Shown here: piece after piece, positions 41,801-56,340 of the stretch
Numbering within the stretch: the first letter of the stretch is position 1
How the letters are laid out: each line of letters begins with the position of its first letter
Origin: Eledone cirrhosa
Taxonomy: Eukaryota
DNA length: 64,000 bases
NCBI GenBank assembly: GCA_964016885.1
Contig: OZ024740.1
Location: 351,664,001 to 351,728,000, forward strand
Reading direction: 5' to 3'
Notes under the pieces: generated by a model
Told to the model about the DNA's origin: nothing
Database searches by the model: none
What the model saw: the letters and a program-made list of their open reading frames with translations, nothing else
Position numbers and translations under genes: made by a program

Positions 41801-41971
41801 TATATATATATTTTCCCATGCCAGTGTGGAAAATGGACGTTAAAGGAAGATGATGATGATATATATATATATGTATATATATATATATGCATACATATAT
41901 ATACATATATAGTCTTCCACAAAAATGAGAACTTTCTAGGTGTAAATACCATGGTCATTTGTAGCCAAGGA

Positions 41972-42012
<41 letters not shown>

Positions 42013-42017
<5 letters not shown>

Positions 42018-43839
42018 AAAATTGAACAGGAACAAAACAGAGAGGCAGTACGAACAAAGGTTTATTAATTTCACGCTCTTGAGAGTGGGGTGGTGGTGGG
42101 GAACGTTTCGGGCATAAGCTCTTCTTCAGGTGAAAAGTGTGTGGGAAGAGAGTTCAAAGGGTGTGTAGGGGAGTGGTGGAGAGACATATAGCAAAAAGGG
42201 GGTGAGAGGAAACGGTGCAAATGAAATTAAAAATAAAGGCATGATCAAAATAAAATTAAAATGGGGTAAAACAGGTGGTGGAAGGTGTGGGGCGTGTAGG
42301 GGTGGTGGCGGGTGGGGAGAGGGAGACGGAGTGTCCGAGCGGGGAGGGCTGAAGGTGGTGTGTGTGTGAAAGCAAGGGTTGGGGGAAGAACGGGGTTGCA
42401 TGTTCAGGAAGAGGTGTGTGTAGGGTGGGGTGTAGGTCGGAGTGCGTGTGCGTGTATGGATAGAGGGGTGGGGCAGAGGATTCCGGAGGCTGAATGTGTA
42501 AATATGTGGTGGTACGCACGTGTGTGTGTGGTGTTTATGCGTGTTGTGGATGTAGGTGGCGTGTGGGAAAAAAATATTTTTGGGGTGTATGTCTGGGGTG
42601 ATCGTAAAGGTAATTCCGTAAAAAGATGTGGTGGAATGCTGAGTAAAATCCTGGGATGCCGTAGATTGTCGGGATCAAGGTTCACATATGTGTAATCCGT
42701 GAAGAGATTGGTCGGAAGAGGGGAGATGTGGGGTGCGCGCGCAACAGGAAGTGGTCAGAGGGTCAAGTCAGGAGGAGGGTTGTGTGTCTGTGTGTGCGGG
42801 GAGGTGGTCAGAGGCATAGCAGCAGTAGGGTAGAATGGTAAGTGAAGGTGTGTCAGTGTGTGCAGTGGACAGGGGAGAGGATGGGTAGGTGTGAATGTTG
42901 GAGTGAGGAGGGGGTGTGTGTGTATTAGTAGAGGTGTTAGTGGGAGGTGTGAGTGTTTGAGAAAGGGTGTGGGTGGAGTGGGGAGAGAAGGGTGTGGGGG
43001 ACGATGGAGGGAGTGTAGTGTACTGGTGTGTGTGGTGAAGGGGGTGTTAGTGGGTGTTAATGATGTTAGTTGCGGGGTGGTGTGGTGGATGTGTGGGGGT
43101 GAGGGTTAGTGGTGGTAGTAGGGTGTGTGTTTAGTGTGAGCGCGTGTATATATGTACCGGTGGGTGTGTGCGTGTGATAAGGAGGGGGGAGGAGAAGAAG
43201 GGAGGGATGTTAGTATGTTAGTTGGGGAAGGGTGGTCGGATGTGGGGTGGAGGTGTTAGTATTGTTAGTTGTGGGGTGGGCGGTGAAAAGGAGGGGTGTG
43301 TTAGTGGTGTTAGTGGGGGATATGTGTGGAGGGAGGGGGGCGGTCGAAGGCTAAAGGAATAAGGGTGGGGAGTTCAGGCCGGAGGGAGTGTGGGTCTGTA
43401 GGGTGAAGATGGTTCATTGTTCGACTCTTGGCGGGTGTTCCGTGGCATTGGAGTAGGCCACAGACTGTGAGGTGGTGTGCGGAATGTCCAGGGGCACCAA
43501 AGTGACGGGCGATGGGGGAACTACCACCGACACGAATATCCTGGAGGTGCTCAGTAAATCTGTCCGCCAGGCGACGTCCAGTCTGTACAACGTAAGTCGC
43601 GCTGCACTCCGTGCAGCGAAGTCCGTACACTAGGTTGGAGGAGGTCCAGTGGAAGGCGTGCCGGACAGAGAGAGAGTGGCCGTTGGGACCCTGGAAGGTG
43701 GTGGTGTTGGTGATGTGGGGACAGGTGATGTGGGGACAGGTGATGTGGGGACAGGTGTTGCAGCGGGGCCTAGAACAGGGAAAGGAACCGGGGGGGGGGG
43801 GGCGTGGGTTGGGGGATAGGGAGCTGTGGACGAGGAGGA
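42013..43839 (-). mobile_element. 5'-truncated Neptune-like PLE (Cys linker plus GIY-YIG, C/A-rich 3' region)
   Basis: PCSRPRCNTCPHI...SNLVYGLRCTECSATYVVQTGRRLADRFTEH...IARHF...HS; (TA)n on both sides. Confidence 0.85.
42097..42135 (-). ncRNA. Degenerate minimal hammerhead in the Neptune-like 3' end
   Basis: CTGAAGA-AGAGC(TTAT)GCCC-GAAA-CG-TT; stem I does not pair. Confidence 0.55.
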
Positions 43840-44379
43840 TATATATATATATATATAGATATAGATCCCCTTTGGTTACAAATGACCATGGTATTTACAC
43901 CTAGAAAGTTCTCATTTTTGTGGAAGACCAGCAGTCACCTATGCATACCAGTCTCCCCACTCAATGATACCAATGTCCAAGGGAATGGTAGAAGCCAATA
44001 CAGTTTGGCATCAGATATGTTGCAACTCATTTCTACAGCTGAGTGAACTGGAACAACATGAAATAATATATATATATATATACACAAAGATATTAAATAA
44101 ATGGAAACTATATTTATAAAACCATATTTATTCTATTATATATATTTCAAGGGTACCAAAAACTTTGGTATGCTTTCATCAGATAAAATACAAAGAGTGT
44201 TTTATAAATTTTGACATAGCCAAGGAAAACATACCATATCAGTTGAATATTCCTTGGGTAGTCAAGGAATATCATTGAATATCATTGAATATTTACTCCA
44301 GAAAACTGTTGAGTGCTCTGAATCAGTTATAAACATTTATATTTGTTGAATTTCAAACAAATTAAATATCCCTTCCACT

Positions 44380-44414
<35 letters not shown>

Positions 44415-47390
44415 TATGCATGTATAAAAAAAAATTTATGAGTTGGATTATGAGCAAAATTTCATATTGTAGTTGCATGAAATTACAAATAATGGTTTGA
44501 CTATCACAGAGGTTTATGTTATGGCTAAATCTTTTGATTACATGCTAAATACAAACTTATTTATTCTGCTGATTTTATTATATTATTAATTTAATTTATA
44601 GTTTATGGAATAATAAATGTTTAATGATAAATAATTGCTCCTATTTTAGGCACAAGGCCAGCAATTTGGAGTGAAGGGGAAAGTTAATTAAATCGACTCC
44701 AAATGCATTACTGGTGCTTTATTTATCAACCCCATAAGGATGAAAGGCAAAGTTAATCTCGGTAGGATTTGATGAATTCAGAACGTAAAGGGCCATAACT
44801 CCATGCTATGAAGCATGGTGTCCAACGCTCTCCCGACACTGCCAATCAACCACCCTTGTAATGATAAATAATAATGAATATATAATAAGAATAATAAATA
44901 TATAAACTTTTTATAAAATATGAAAAGTAAAATTTCATGTTATCAGAAGACATATACCAGTTTAGAAATAATCGGTGCTGAGAATATTATGTTTTAACAA
45001 TAATCATGCTATTATTTTTTTTTTTGGAAATAATAAAAAATAATGTACTGATTTTATATCATCATATAAGATTTAAATAATTAAAATAAATATGTATATT
45101 TAAAAGATGAAAATTAGAAGCGCAAAAATGTGTTTCTTTGGTGGTTTATTTTTGTGCATTTGGCATTTTTATGTTAGTTGTATAAGCAGCTTTTGTGCTT
45201 GCATAATATGAAGCAATGGGAAAAGCTAAAAGATATTAAGGTACAATCAATTTTGAGTAACAATGGCAGCAAATAAATTTTTTTTACTCTTTCAATTTAC
45301 AATGGAAAAACAAAAACAAATATCTATATAGTTCTTCAGAAAATAAAATAAAACATTTTAACAGAAAGTCAACAAATAGGCATCATGTAATAACTAAAAT
45401 GACCAAAGGCCACAATCTAACAACTAAAACTATAGACCCTAGACATAGTCTAATAATTTAATCTACACTGCACATACTATGATTTTGTTTAGCCCCAAGC
45501 TAAGCTACGATTAAAGACTCCAACTATGACCATCCCATTTGGGTTTTTCCAGGCATAGTGTATTATGTTCTTCTATTTTATTAAATACCAGAGATCTGAT
45601 TTTAGGAAAATTTGGCTGTTATTTTTAGTAGATTGAGCAACCATGGAGAATCTTTTACCTTGGCTCATGATATTGTGTTGTTTTGCTATAACAATCCATA
45701 TTGCTGTAAATGGTTTAGTGCATGCAATGAACATAAGTAATCTATATGAGAAAGTATAATGATTCTAGGAATGGCATTCAAAGAAAGACATTGCAATGAA
45801 CTACAATTTTAAGACTTATGTAGTCAGAAAGAAACAAAAGAAAAAGTGAATAATAACTCCAATAATATTTATCGTGTTATGAAGAGGGATGTTAAATATT
45901 TCTACCTTTTCACATTCTTTTTAACTCTGGCAATGAATTGTGAAGATTTTATTTTTATAAGTTAGTTGGGGATGGAGGGACAGTGTCTATAAACTTTGTA
46001 GGTCCCATTTCATCCATTCTGGTATAACATCTAGTATCAGTCTAGGCTAGTGGATTAGCAGAATTGTTTGAGTAGTAGAGTTTTCTTGTGCTATTTGTTC
46101 CAGTACTTTGTTTTCATATTTCTACTGCAGCCTACTTAAGAGGAAGACTTAATCCATCACCTAGTTTAACATCACTACCTGGTACTGTTGCAAGCATTTG
46201 GGTCAAGTCTCAAGTTTGAGGATACCTTCCTCCTTCCTTTCTTCTAATCTTGGTGCCCATAAAAGAGGGTGACTAAACATTTTTAAAAATGTAAGATTGT
46301 TTCAGCTTATACCTAGCCTAAATGACTTCAGAAAAAAATATGGATAAGGATTTAACCCGACATTTGGTCCAAATACTTGACTCAAAGTGTAATCTGCTAA
46401 ATGCTGTTAGGAACCAACTGGTGGTATATTAAGCCTAGGTGTAAATTGCAAAATATTCATTTATTTCAATCTATTTTGAACTGAATAACCTCTTCACTTG
46501 TCTATTATTTCATATAGATGAGGCTGGTGGGTTGGCAGAGTTATTAAAATATTGATCAAATGCTTCACTGTATTTGTTCTGGTACATTTTGTTCTGAGTT
46601 CAAATCCCACCAAGGTCAACTTTGCCTTTATAGATTGTTGCATGTTTATTTTAATTTTATAAATATACAGTACAGGCTGACATTGCTTATTTAGTGAGTA
46701 TCAATAACATGAATTTAAATTGTAGAAATGGCTTAGTAAAATACTTTTGAAATTTTGACACATTTCTCTATGATTTGTGATATATCATAACATGTACAAA
46801 ATATATGTAGATACATATGTGTATATGTACATATTATATCATCATCATCATTTATGTCCATTTTTCAAGTACTTAATCATAGCAACTATCCTTTTAGATG
46901 AGTCAGATGATCATGTCTTATTCAAATATATTCCATTTTCACATGGTTTTTATGCACCCAGCTCACTCTGTAAAGTAGGAGTGCTGATTCCATGATAAAA
47001 TATACTCAGTTCACACTATATAGTTGTAGTGCCAGTGTTATGATAAAAAAAATCCAGGACATACTGTAAAATAGCTGACAATAGGAAAGGCATCCAGCTG
47101 TAGAAACCATGTCAAAATGGAATGTATGAGCAAGAAATGTTCATCTGTCCTGTCTAGTCTAAAAATCTGACTAACCAATGCTAGCATTTAAAATGATAAC
47201 AATATATATGTTTTGCTTGCAAGGAAAGTGGACGTCAAATGATAATGTGTTTTTTCACAGTTTTAATTCATATTTCTTCTTTGATATACTATATAATGAT
47301 TGCCTCACCGGTGAAAAACATGATGTAAGGAAAAGGTAGTATGCCTTAACAACAATAGTAATAATAATAATAATATAAATGATAATAATA

Positions 47391-47534
47391 ATTGTGGTTG
47401 GTGCATTAGGAACAGTTAGTAAAAGGTTAGATGCATGGCTTGAGAAGCTAGGAATTACCACCAGGATAGGATTGTTGCAGAAAACAGCCTTGCAAGGAAC
47501 AGCAAGGGTTCTAAGGAGGGTATTAAAAAGTTGA
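47391..47534 (+). mobile_element. 3' end of an R4/Dong-type restriction-like-endonuclease retrotransposon
   Basis: IVVGALGTVSKRLDAWLEKLGITTRIGLLQKTALQGTARVLRRVLKS*, abutting an (AAT)n tract. Confidence 0.75.
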
Positions 47535-47913
47535 AGGTATTCCCACAAATTAATTCCCTTGTGCTTATACTAGAAATCCTTATTATTATTATTATTTTAA
47601 AAGAACCCCTTCAATCATGAATGACCTAAAAAGTTCACATTTGCAACTCAAAACCTGACAAGATGTTTTTGTGGAAGGCCAGAAGTAACTCGTGCATACC
47701 AGTCTCCTCTTTCCACACCACCGATATTGTCCAAGGGAAAGGCAAACGCAACTTGGTAGCAGTGACATCACAACTCATTTCTACAGTTGAGTGAACTGAA
47801 GCAATGTGAAATAATGCACACAATGCACTGCCCTGTCTGAAAATCACTCCACAAATGTGTATCCAATGCTGTAACCACTAAGCTATGCACCTTTATTATT
47901 AATATAATATATA

Positions 47914-48132
47914 TAAGGGGGTGTTGAAAAGATCTTGTGGTTTTAAGAGTATCACGAAAGGTCTGGTTAGAAGCCCAACCTTCTAAGTTCTTTTTACAGG
48001 GCTTAGAAAAACTGAAGGACTGCTGCAATAAGTGTGTGAATCTGTTGGGGGCTATTTAGAATGAAATCATAATTAACTGATCTTCCTGTATTTTCTTTTA
48101 CTCAAAACCAGGAACTTTTCAGCATCCCCTCG
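47914..48132. mobile_element. Internally deleted mariner-like element
   Basis: Imperfect TIRs agggggtgttgaaaag / cttttcagcatcccct. Confidence 0.65.
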
Positions 48133-48703
48133 TGTGTGTGTGTGTGTATCATCATCATCATTGTTTTACATCCGTTCTTCCACGCTAGCATGGGTTAGAC
48201 AGGTTGTCCTGTTGTGGGCAGTGTCCGGTCGGCTGACCTTGTCTTGCTCATACGGGAACTGATTCTGGCTTGATTTCTACAGCTGGATGCCCTTCCTAAC
48301 ACCAACCTCATTTACAGTGAGTGCTGGGTGCTTTTTTCCGTGGCGCCTACATCTCCACTTCACAGTGTGGGCTGGGTGCTTTTTTGCTGTGGCACCTCCA
48401 CGACCACTTTGCAGTGGGATGGTGTGGGGATATATATATATATATGTATATATACACACACACATACATACATACATGTATGTATATATAAATATATATA
48501 TATTATATATATATATATACACACACACATACATACATACATGTATGTATATATAAATATATATATATTATATATATATATACATAAATATATACATAAA
48601 TGTATATATACACACACATACATATATATGTATATATATATATACATAAATATATACATAAATGTATATATACACACACATACATATATATGTATATATA
48701 TAT

Positions 48704-48772
<69 letters not shown>

Positions 48773-48779
48773 TATATAC

Positions 48780-48848
<69 letters not shown>

Positions 48849-50877
48849 CATATATATATACATATATATATATACATATATATATATACATATATATATA
48901 TACATATATATATATACATATATATATATACATATATATATATACATATATATATACATATATATATATATACATATATATACATCACAAGGGTGAAATA
49001 AAGCTATGCCAATAAAGTTTCTTTCTCTCTATCTTTAACAAATATAAGGATGTTGTTGTAAGTTAAAACTTAGCATTTGTTTTTAATGGCTATTAATATT
49101 GGTACTTTATTTTTCATATATCATGCAATTGTTGTGATATATGGATATGTTTCCAGTGACATTATTGCTTTAAATATTTCATGAATTCTCTGATGACACA
49201 AGAATGAGCAGAATTAACATTTAATACCTAATTCTTCAAGTCAATACTCACATTACAATATATAGACACATTTATATACAGATAATGGAGATTGAGCAAG
49301 GTCTTTCAACATTTTTATTTCTCCATTATATTTGTTCTGCTCAAACTTGAGATCTTTCTACAAGTTTGAAGAATAGAAAATATATATATATGTTAGTTAA
49401 GTGTGTAACAACAGTTACAGGCGGCATACTGTTTGACGAATTCAATGCTGTTATGAGGTCCATTTCTTTTGGATTGTATTCCAATATTACGGCTGTAGTG
49501 TGTAAATAGATTTAAAATAGTCGAAGTTATTGTTGCAGCATATGTACAAACTTTATTTGCCTATTACAATTGTTTCGATATTGATCAGCTCAGGGTACAA
49601 TCAAGGTGATGGGCCCGACTCTTTTTCGACATCAACTGAGCTTAGATGTGTCTTTGCACATATAAGCTTGCATCTCTCTCTCTCTATATATATATATGAA
49701 TAAATAAATAAAATAAATATTTATTCAAGAACACACTGTATATTTGAAGAGTTTGAGTAAATTTAAAGTAGATATGACTAGTGTTTTTTTAAATTTATTA
49801 GAAGCCTTAGCTGTGAAAAGATGAACTGTATAATCTAAATAATTCTTCCATACACAGCAAAACATAAGAAATTATTCTTATACCTAGATTTGAGAGAATC
49901 TTTCTCCTCATAAACGAATAACTATTCTTATGATTCCAGTTACAAAGGAGTCATCATCATCATCATTTAATATCCATCTTGCACACTAGCATGGGTAGGA
50001 CGAGTTGACCCTTAGGGAGCGAATCAGGTCAGAGGGCCATGTTTAGCCCACACAGGGCAGATTTTGGTTCCGTTTCTACAGCTGGATGCCCTTCCTAGCG
50101 CTAACCACATTTGCAGTGTGTGCTGGTTGCTTTTTGTCGTGTCACCTACACAACCACATTACAGTGTGGACTGGACATTTTTTATCCAGTTTATTATCTT
50201 TTTAAATACTAATTTCATCTATCTTATGTTTACCATGAATGTTTAAATATACCCTGTGTTGTAACATAAATATTTATTATTTATTTAATTATGCCACCAA
50301 ATATATACAGATTTGAGTGACCAATTCAGGTATTTTCTATATTGTATATGACATATATAGCAAACATTTAATACATGTTGTTTCCATTAAATTGCTAGTT
50401 TATGACATCAAACTTTGTAGGTTATTTACATCATCGAGATTGGTGAACATCTCTAAAGATGTGTAATCATTAGTATAACCAATGAAAATGGTTACAATTT
50501 TCAGGACTATTAACCTCACCTTTAGAGAATGATTTTTTAAAATACTTACTATTCCCATGAATCTTTATGAAAATTATTTAAAACCTGATTTGGTTAGAAG
50601 CTTTTTGCATGCTTTCAGAAAGTATCAGTCTGTTGGTGATCTCTTGTTAATTTTATTTACAGCAAATTATAATCATTGTTTTTATGCCCACTTCTCCATG
50701 CTGGTATGGATTGGAGGAGACTTTTGAGGCAGTTTTTCTATGGTGGGTGCCATTCATTATGCCAACCACAGTAAGTAAGGTACTCAATACATAACAGAGT
50801 ATAAATATTTAATATAGAAATGGCTTCTACAGGACTAGAACTGTTTCATTCGGGAGAAATCATCAGGGCTTCTATAT

Positions 50878-50955
<78 letters not shown>

Positions 50956-51922
50956 AACACACACATACATACACCCAATTGGATTTCTCAGTTTCTGCCT
51001 CTCAACTTCAATCACAACACATTGGTCATCCTGAGGCTATAGTAGAATACACATGTTCAAGGTGGTGCATTGTAGGCTCGAACTTTAAACCTTATGGTTG
51101 TAACATCTTTTATATCAATGTAATTAACAGTTGTCAGCTCCTAATTAAGAATAGTGAAGCAATTTAAAATGAATCCTTTGATCTTCATCTCAGGAGAATG
51201 TCTTTTTATCTTGGGAATGATGTTTTTATAAAGCTTGATCTATCATCTCATGAATATATTTAATGCATGTAGCTAATATCATCAACATAACTTTGTTTCC
51301 ATTTCTTGTGATTCTCTTGTATACATAGAGACAACTTTAATTTAATTTAGCTTGCAGATCTCTTTCTCCATTTATTTTTTGATAATTCTGTGGAGATTTA
51401 GGCTGGACAAAATTGGGCTGCTTATTCTGATATGCTGAGTTACAGGTTCTTCTGTACCATACATTATTTTTACTATGGTATAATCAGTGAAGATAGGTGT
51501 TACCTTGATATCGTGTTGGCATTGGGAACCTGTGGTTCTTTAGCCTATCTAGAGTGACCTTTAGGTATTGTGAAATCATGACATGGACATTGAAGCAATT
51601 TCTCATAAGATTCAAAGCCAAATCTCCTTGTATGTACTTTGTATATAATAATTTGTGGCTCCACTAGTCTTAAATTTTTTTCTAGTTGAATATATATATA
51701 TATATATTTGAAAAAAGGGAAAGGATGACTTCACTTGTAGTGTTAAACATTTTTTTTGATTTAATTTTATATTATAATATTATAAAATTTAATCAAAATT
51801 ATTTTTTAACACTACAAGTGAAGTAATTCTTTTCCTTTTTTTCAAATATACCTAACTGTACCAACGATCTCACACATTTTCCAATATATATATATGTATG
51901 CATTTGTGTGTGTGTGTATGTA

Positions 51923-51963
<41 letters not shown>

Positions 51964-53156
51964 CATCACCATATACACATACTTGCTATCACTGCATATA
52001 TATGTTATGATTATTTATAAATGATAATTGTTTCTACTTTAGGCACAAGGCCAGCAATTACCCAGTGCATTACTGGTACTTTATTTTATCGACCCCGTAA
52101 GGATGAAAGGCAAAGTCAACCTCGGCGGGATTTATAAATGATAATGAAATAAATTCAGAGAGTAAAACAACAGTCTCATACTATTAAATAATTTCACTAA
52201 TATTACTATATTACTAGTAACAAATAAACAAGCAGGATTTGGGGAGAGAATGCAAGCGTTTAGCATTTGAAGTTAACATGCATGTGGTGATGATATGAAT
52301 GTTTTAGCCAATATACAGCAGCCTTCCTGAATGCATATTTGGGAAAATGGAATTATGGGAATTATAAGCTGGACGCAGCTAATGATTGGTTGAAAAGGAT
52401 TGCATAGAACTATGATAATGGATACTTACGCATCCCTTTCAGATGGCATGAAATATAAACACAAGTATTTGATACAAGCATACCAGCAAGAATTAAATGT
52501 ATTTTAGGGATAAATATTTGCAGAAAAAATATTTTTCTACCAGCCATTTCTTTAGAGTTATACTGTTGATGTATGAAAAATGTATTAGTTGAGATAATAT
52601 AATTCATTTGATAATGAAACTAATTCTCTAAAAACACCTCATGCATATATTAGCATATATTATCATAAATATTAGACTAGATAACAATGCCAGATGAAAA
52701 AAATTATTTGTCTTTTCACATTAAAAGGAAGAATATTATTAAAACACAAAGAATGAAATAATTTTTTTTTATATTTTGCAGTGAAGAACAAAAATACAAA
52801 GCTATGTGGATGGTTTTGACTCCTTCTTGAAACAAGCAATAAAATATGTTACCATCTGAAATTATTTTCAATTGGACTGGATTTTAGATCGCATAAATGT
52901 TATTCTTAGAGAATTCATTTGTTTTAGACAGCCAAGTTAATTACTTAACTTATCATTATTAGTAACAGATATCAATGAAAAGTCATTAGCTGTTTAGCCC
53001 TAAATCAGCCTTGATTGAGCAGATGTATGAAGAAAAGCATTCATGCCATTCTCATCACATTTTTTTAATATACTGAGGACAACATTGCCCAATGAGTCCT
53101 TCATTTTCTTGAAGATGACTAGGTGTGATTTGAGGAAGATGTGGTTCAAGAAATCA

Positions 53157-53160
53157 TAAG

Positions 53161-53199
<39 letters not shown>

Positions 53200-53289
53200 G
53201 TAAAATATAAGTAAATAAATAAATAAATAAATAAGTAAAATATAAGTAAAAAAATAAATAAATAAATGAATAAATAAGTAAAATATAAG

Positions 53290-53320
<31 letters not shown>

Positions 53321-53430
53321 GTAAACAATAAGTAAATAAATAAATAAGTAAATAAGTAAATAAATAAATAAGTAAATAAGTAAATAAGTAAATAAATAAA
53401 TAAATAAATAAGTAAATAAATAAATAAATA
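53157..53430. repeat. (TAAA)n microsatellite
   Basis: Direct inspection. Confidence 0.95.
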
Positions 53431-53989
53431 TATTATCTGTATTGACATATGGTTAAGACAAGTAGGAACTGATTTCTTTTAGGAAGAACTGAAACCAGAG
53501 ATGTATCACTTTTACAAAGCTGTTGCTACTGTGTATGCTGATGACACATTCTATCTTGTGTTACCTATCTACAGCTGAGTAGCTGGAACCATTAAGAATT
53601 ATATATTTTAGATATGATCACAGTGCTGTGCTGGTGGTAATATAGGCATTCTGACCTTCTAGTAAGTTTTCCACCACCCAGTCGATTCGGCCATTTGTGG
53701 AGCACATAAAAGTATATTTATATAATCTACCTTCATGCCTGGAACAGAAATATATAATTACTTCATTGCTCTTAGGAGAGAGACTTACTTCAAAACAAAG
53801 GCCAATTGTTAGAAATCAGTGGAAAATTGTTGAAATAATTTTACTATATTTTACTGGTAGTATTGTTATACTTGCCATGAGGTCTTTATTGAGGCATTCT
53901 TTTATGGTGGTATGCCCTTCCTGGCATCAATTCTTTTAGATGCCTCTTATGACATGCAGAAATATGGTGTACATATTCTCAACATGGAT

Positions 53990-55100
53990 ACATCCTGTGG
54001 CACATATAGAACAATTTAGCTATTGGAACAATTGGGCAATGGGATGAAGGTATTGGAAAGAGTGTTAGAGAGGAGAAGGAAAAAAGTGACGGTTGATTTA
54101 ACGCAGTTTAGATTTGTGCCAGGGAAAGGAATGAATGATGCAATTTTTATTGTGAGGTAGTTATAGAAGTACAGGGATAAGTGGGAGAATATGGTTTGGA
54201 GTTGGATGATCTGGAGAAAACTTTCAAAAGGGTAGTGATATGGACATTAGGAGAGTTGTGCATGGAGGAATGGTTAGTTAGGATAGTGATGACAATGTAT
54301 GAGAATGTGCATACTGGATGAAGGGCAGGAACAGTGACAAGTTTGAAGTCAAGGTTAGAATATATCAAGGATCTGTATTAAACCCACTGCTATGTATAGC
54401 TGTGATGAAGGTACTAGCTGAAAGTATAAATGAGGGTTTATCATGAGAGTTGCTGTAGGCAGATGACATGGTTTTAATATCAGAAAGTATGGATGGACTG
54501 AAGGAGAAAATGAATAGGTGGAAGAATATATAGAGGCAAAAGGTATGAAGGTGAATATTGGAAAACGAAGATGATGGAAAGTCTTAAAGCATTTGGTGAG
54601 ATAACAAAAATAGGAAGGTGGCCATGTGCAGTGTGCAGGAAAGGTGTTAGAATGAACTCCATTAAATCTATGATGTACACTGGGGGGTGGGGGTACATAA
54701 AAAATGTAGAGTGGTGAAGATACTATTAAATAATGTGGCAGCTACATTTAAGTGTGTATGGAGGGAACTACAGAGAGAAAGGATGTTGAGCTGGATCTTG
54801 TGAATAATGTGAAGACGGAAAGTTTTGTTACACTAGTGATATGTTGAATGGAGAGAATAGGGTTGGTCAGACTCCAGGACAGTATCTAGAATGAGTAGTG
54901 TGCTAATGAGGAGGGAAGTGTTGCTGAAACTGAAGCCAAAATTTTATGTTGCATATGTGAAAAGAGTCATAATTTATGGGAGAAAGACATAAGTGATAAA
55001 TGTGGCTAGAAAGAACAGAAATGAGAAAGTTCTGTGTGGATGAGTGGAATATTGGTGAGAGAGAGGAAGACAAATAATGAATTACAGAGGATGATGGAAA
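53990..55100 (+). mobile_element. Degenerate RTE LINE RT fragment
   Basis: Decayed QFRFVPGK, QGSVLNPLL and WPCAVCRKGV motifs with many stops; boundaries approximate. Confidence 0.75.
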
Positions 55101-55311
55101 TATTATTTGACAAAATGACTTGCTGGTTCTTTAAAGTTCTGAGATCAAATCCTGCTGAGCTTAACTTTGCTTTCCATCCTTCAGGGGTTGATTTTTAGAC
55201 CCCCACCCAACCAAAATTGCTGGCCTTGTGCCTAAATTAGAAACCATTAATGTAGAGTGACAAATTGACAGAATCATTAGACTATCAGATAAAATGCTGT
55301 ATGTTATTTAG

Positions 55312-55490
55312 TGGCAGTATCGGTAGAGGGTCGGACGCCATGCTTTCCAGCATAGTTACGTTCCTTTATGATCTGAGTTCAAATCCCGCCGAGGTTAACT
55401 TTGCCTTTCATCCTTACGGGGTCGATAAAATAAAGTACCAGTAATGCACTGGGATAATTGCTGGCCTTGTGTCTAAAGTAGAAACAGTTA
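55312..55490 (+). mobile_element. Abundant tRNA-derived SINE, representative copy (others near 470, 655, 860, 2460, 2915, 3845, 5755, 5990, 18385, 21670, 22170, 25090, 27477, 44630, 52025)
   Basis: ctgagttcaaatcccgccgagg-ttaactttgcctttcatccttacggggtcgataaaataaagtaccag core repeated throughout the window. Confidence 0.85.
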
Positions 55491-55659
55491 TTTAGTTGAA
55501 ATCCAGCTGAAGTCAACTTCGCGTTTCATCCTTCAGGAGTTGAAAAAATAAACTAGCTGTCATATACTAAGGTCAACATAATTGACTAATACTTCTTCAA
55601 ATTTTTGGACTAGTGCCTATATTAGAAACCATTATTATTATGATTAAAAATTAACCCAA

Positions 55660-56340
55660 GGAGGAGATATATTGCCCATAATATTTACAGGCCACCTAGA
55701 TTGGTGAGGAGATTGTTTTTCAGCTAGTTTGTAAGTAAGTTGATGTCTGTAGGGAAACCATTGGGGGAAGAAAGGGTTCCAAAAAATTCTAGTTCTGAGA
55801 AGGTATGATTGGATGAAGAGTTTAATGGAGCATGGGATACAGTTGGAATGTTTCTAACTGGAGTAAATGCGTTAAGTAAGATGGTACATGGCTAGCTGGT
55901 TCAGAGGAGCAGGAACAATTGTATTAGCAGCAGAAGAGAGTGAATACAACATGCTGGTGAGATAGTAGTGGGAGCATGCTTTGCTGGATGCATTGTGCAT
56001 GAATGATGGAGAACAAATAAACAAGGAAAAAAAATTGGGTATAAGAGGAACCGGATGTAGTGCTCAAGATGGAAGACTGAACTAGTACATATATATGATG
56101 TGTATTGAGGATGACTGTTGGGTAAAGAAATGCTAAGTGATCCAAGTGAAAAGAACCTGCAGAAGAGGAAGATCAAAGAAAACATGAGAAAAAGTGGTGA
56201 AATCTGACCTTAGGAGGCTGAACTTCACAAAAGACATGACAAATGACTGCAACAAGAGGTAAAACGCTGTACTGAAGGAGACTCATCCAGTCCATGCAAG
56301 CATAGAAGAACAGATGTAAAATAATGATGCTGATGAGTTT
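55660..56340 (+). mobile_element. Degenerate RTE LINE 3' fragment
   Basis: Decayed similarity to the 62300-62950 region and RTE-type tail; boundaries approximate. Confidence 0.55.
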
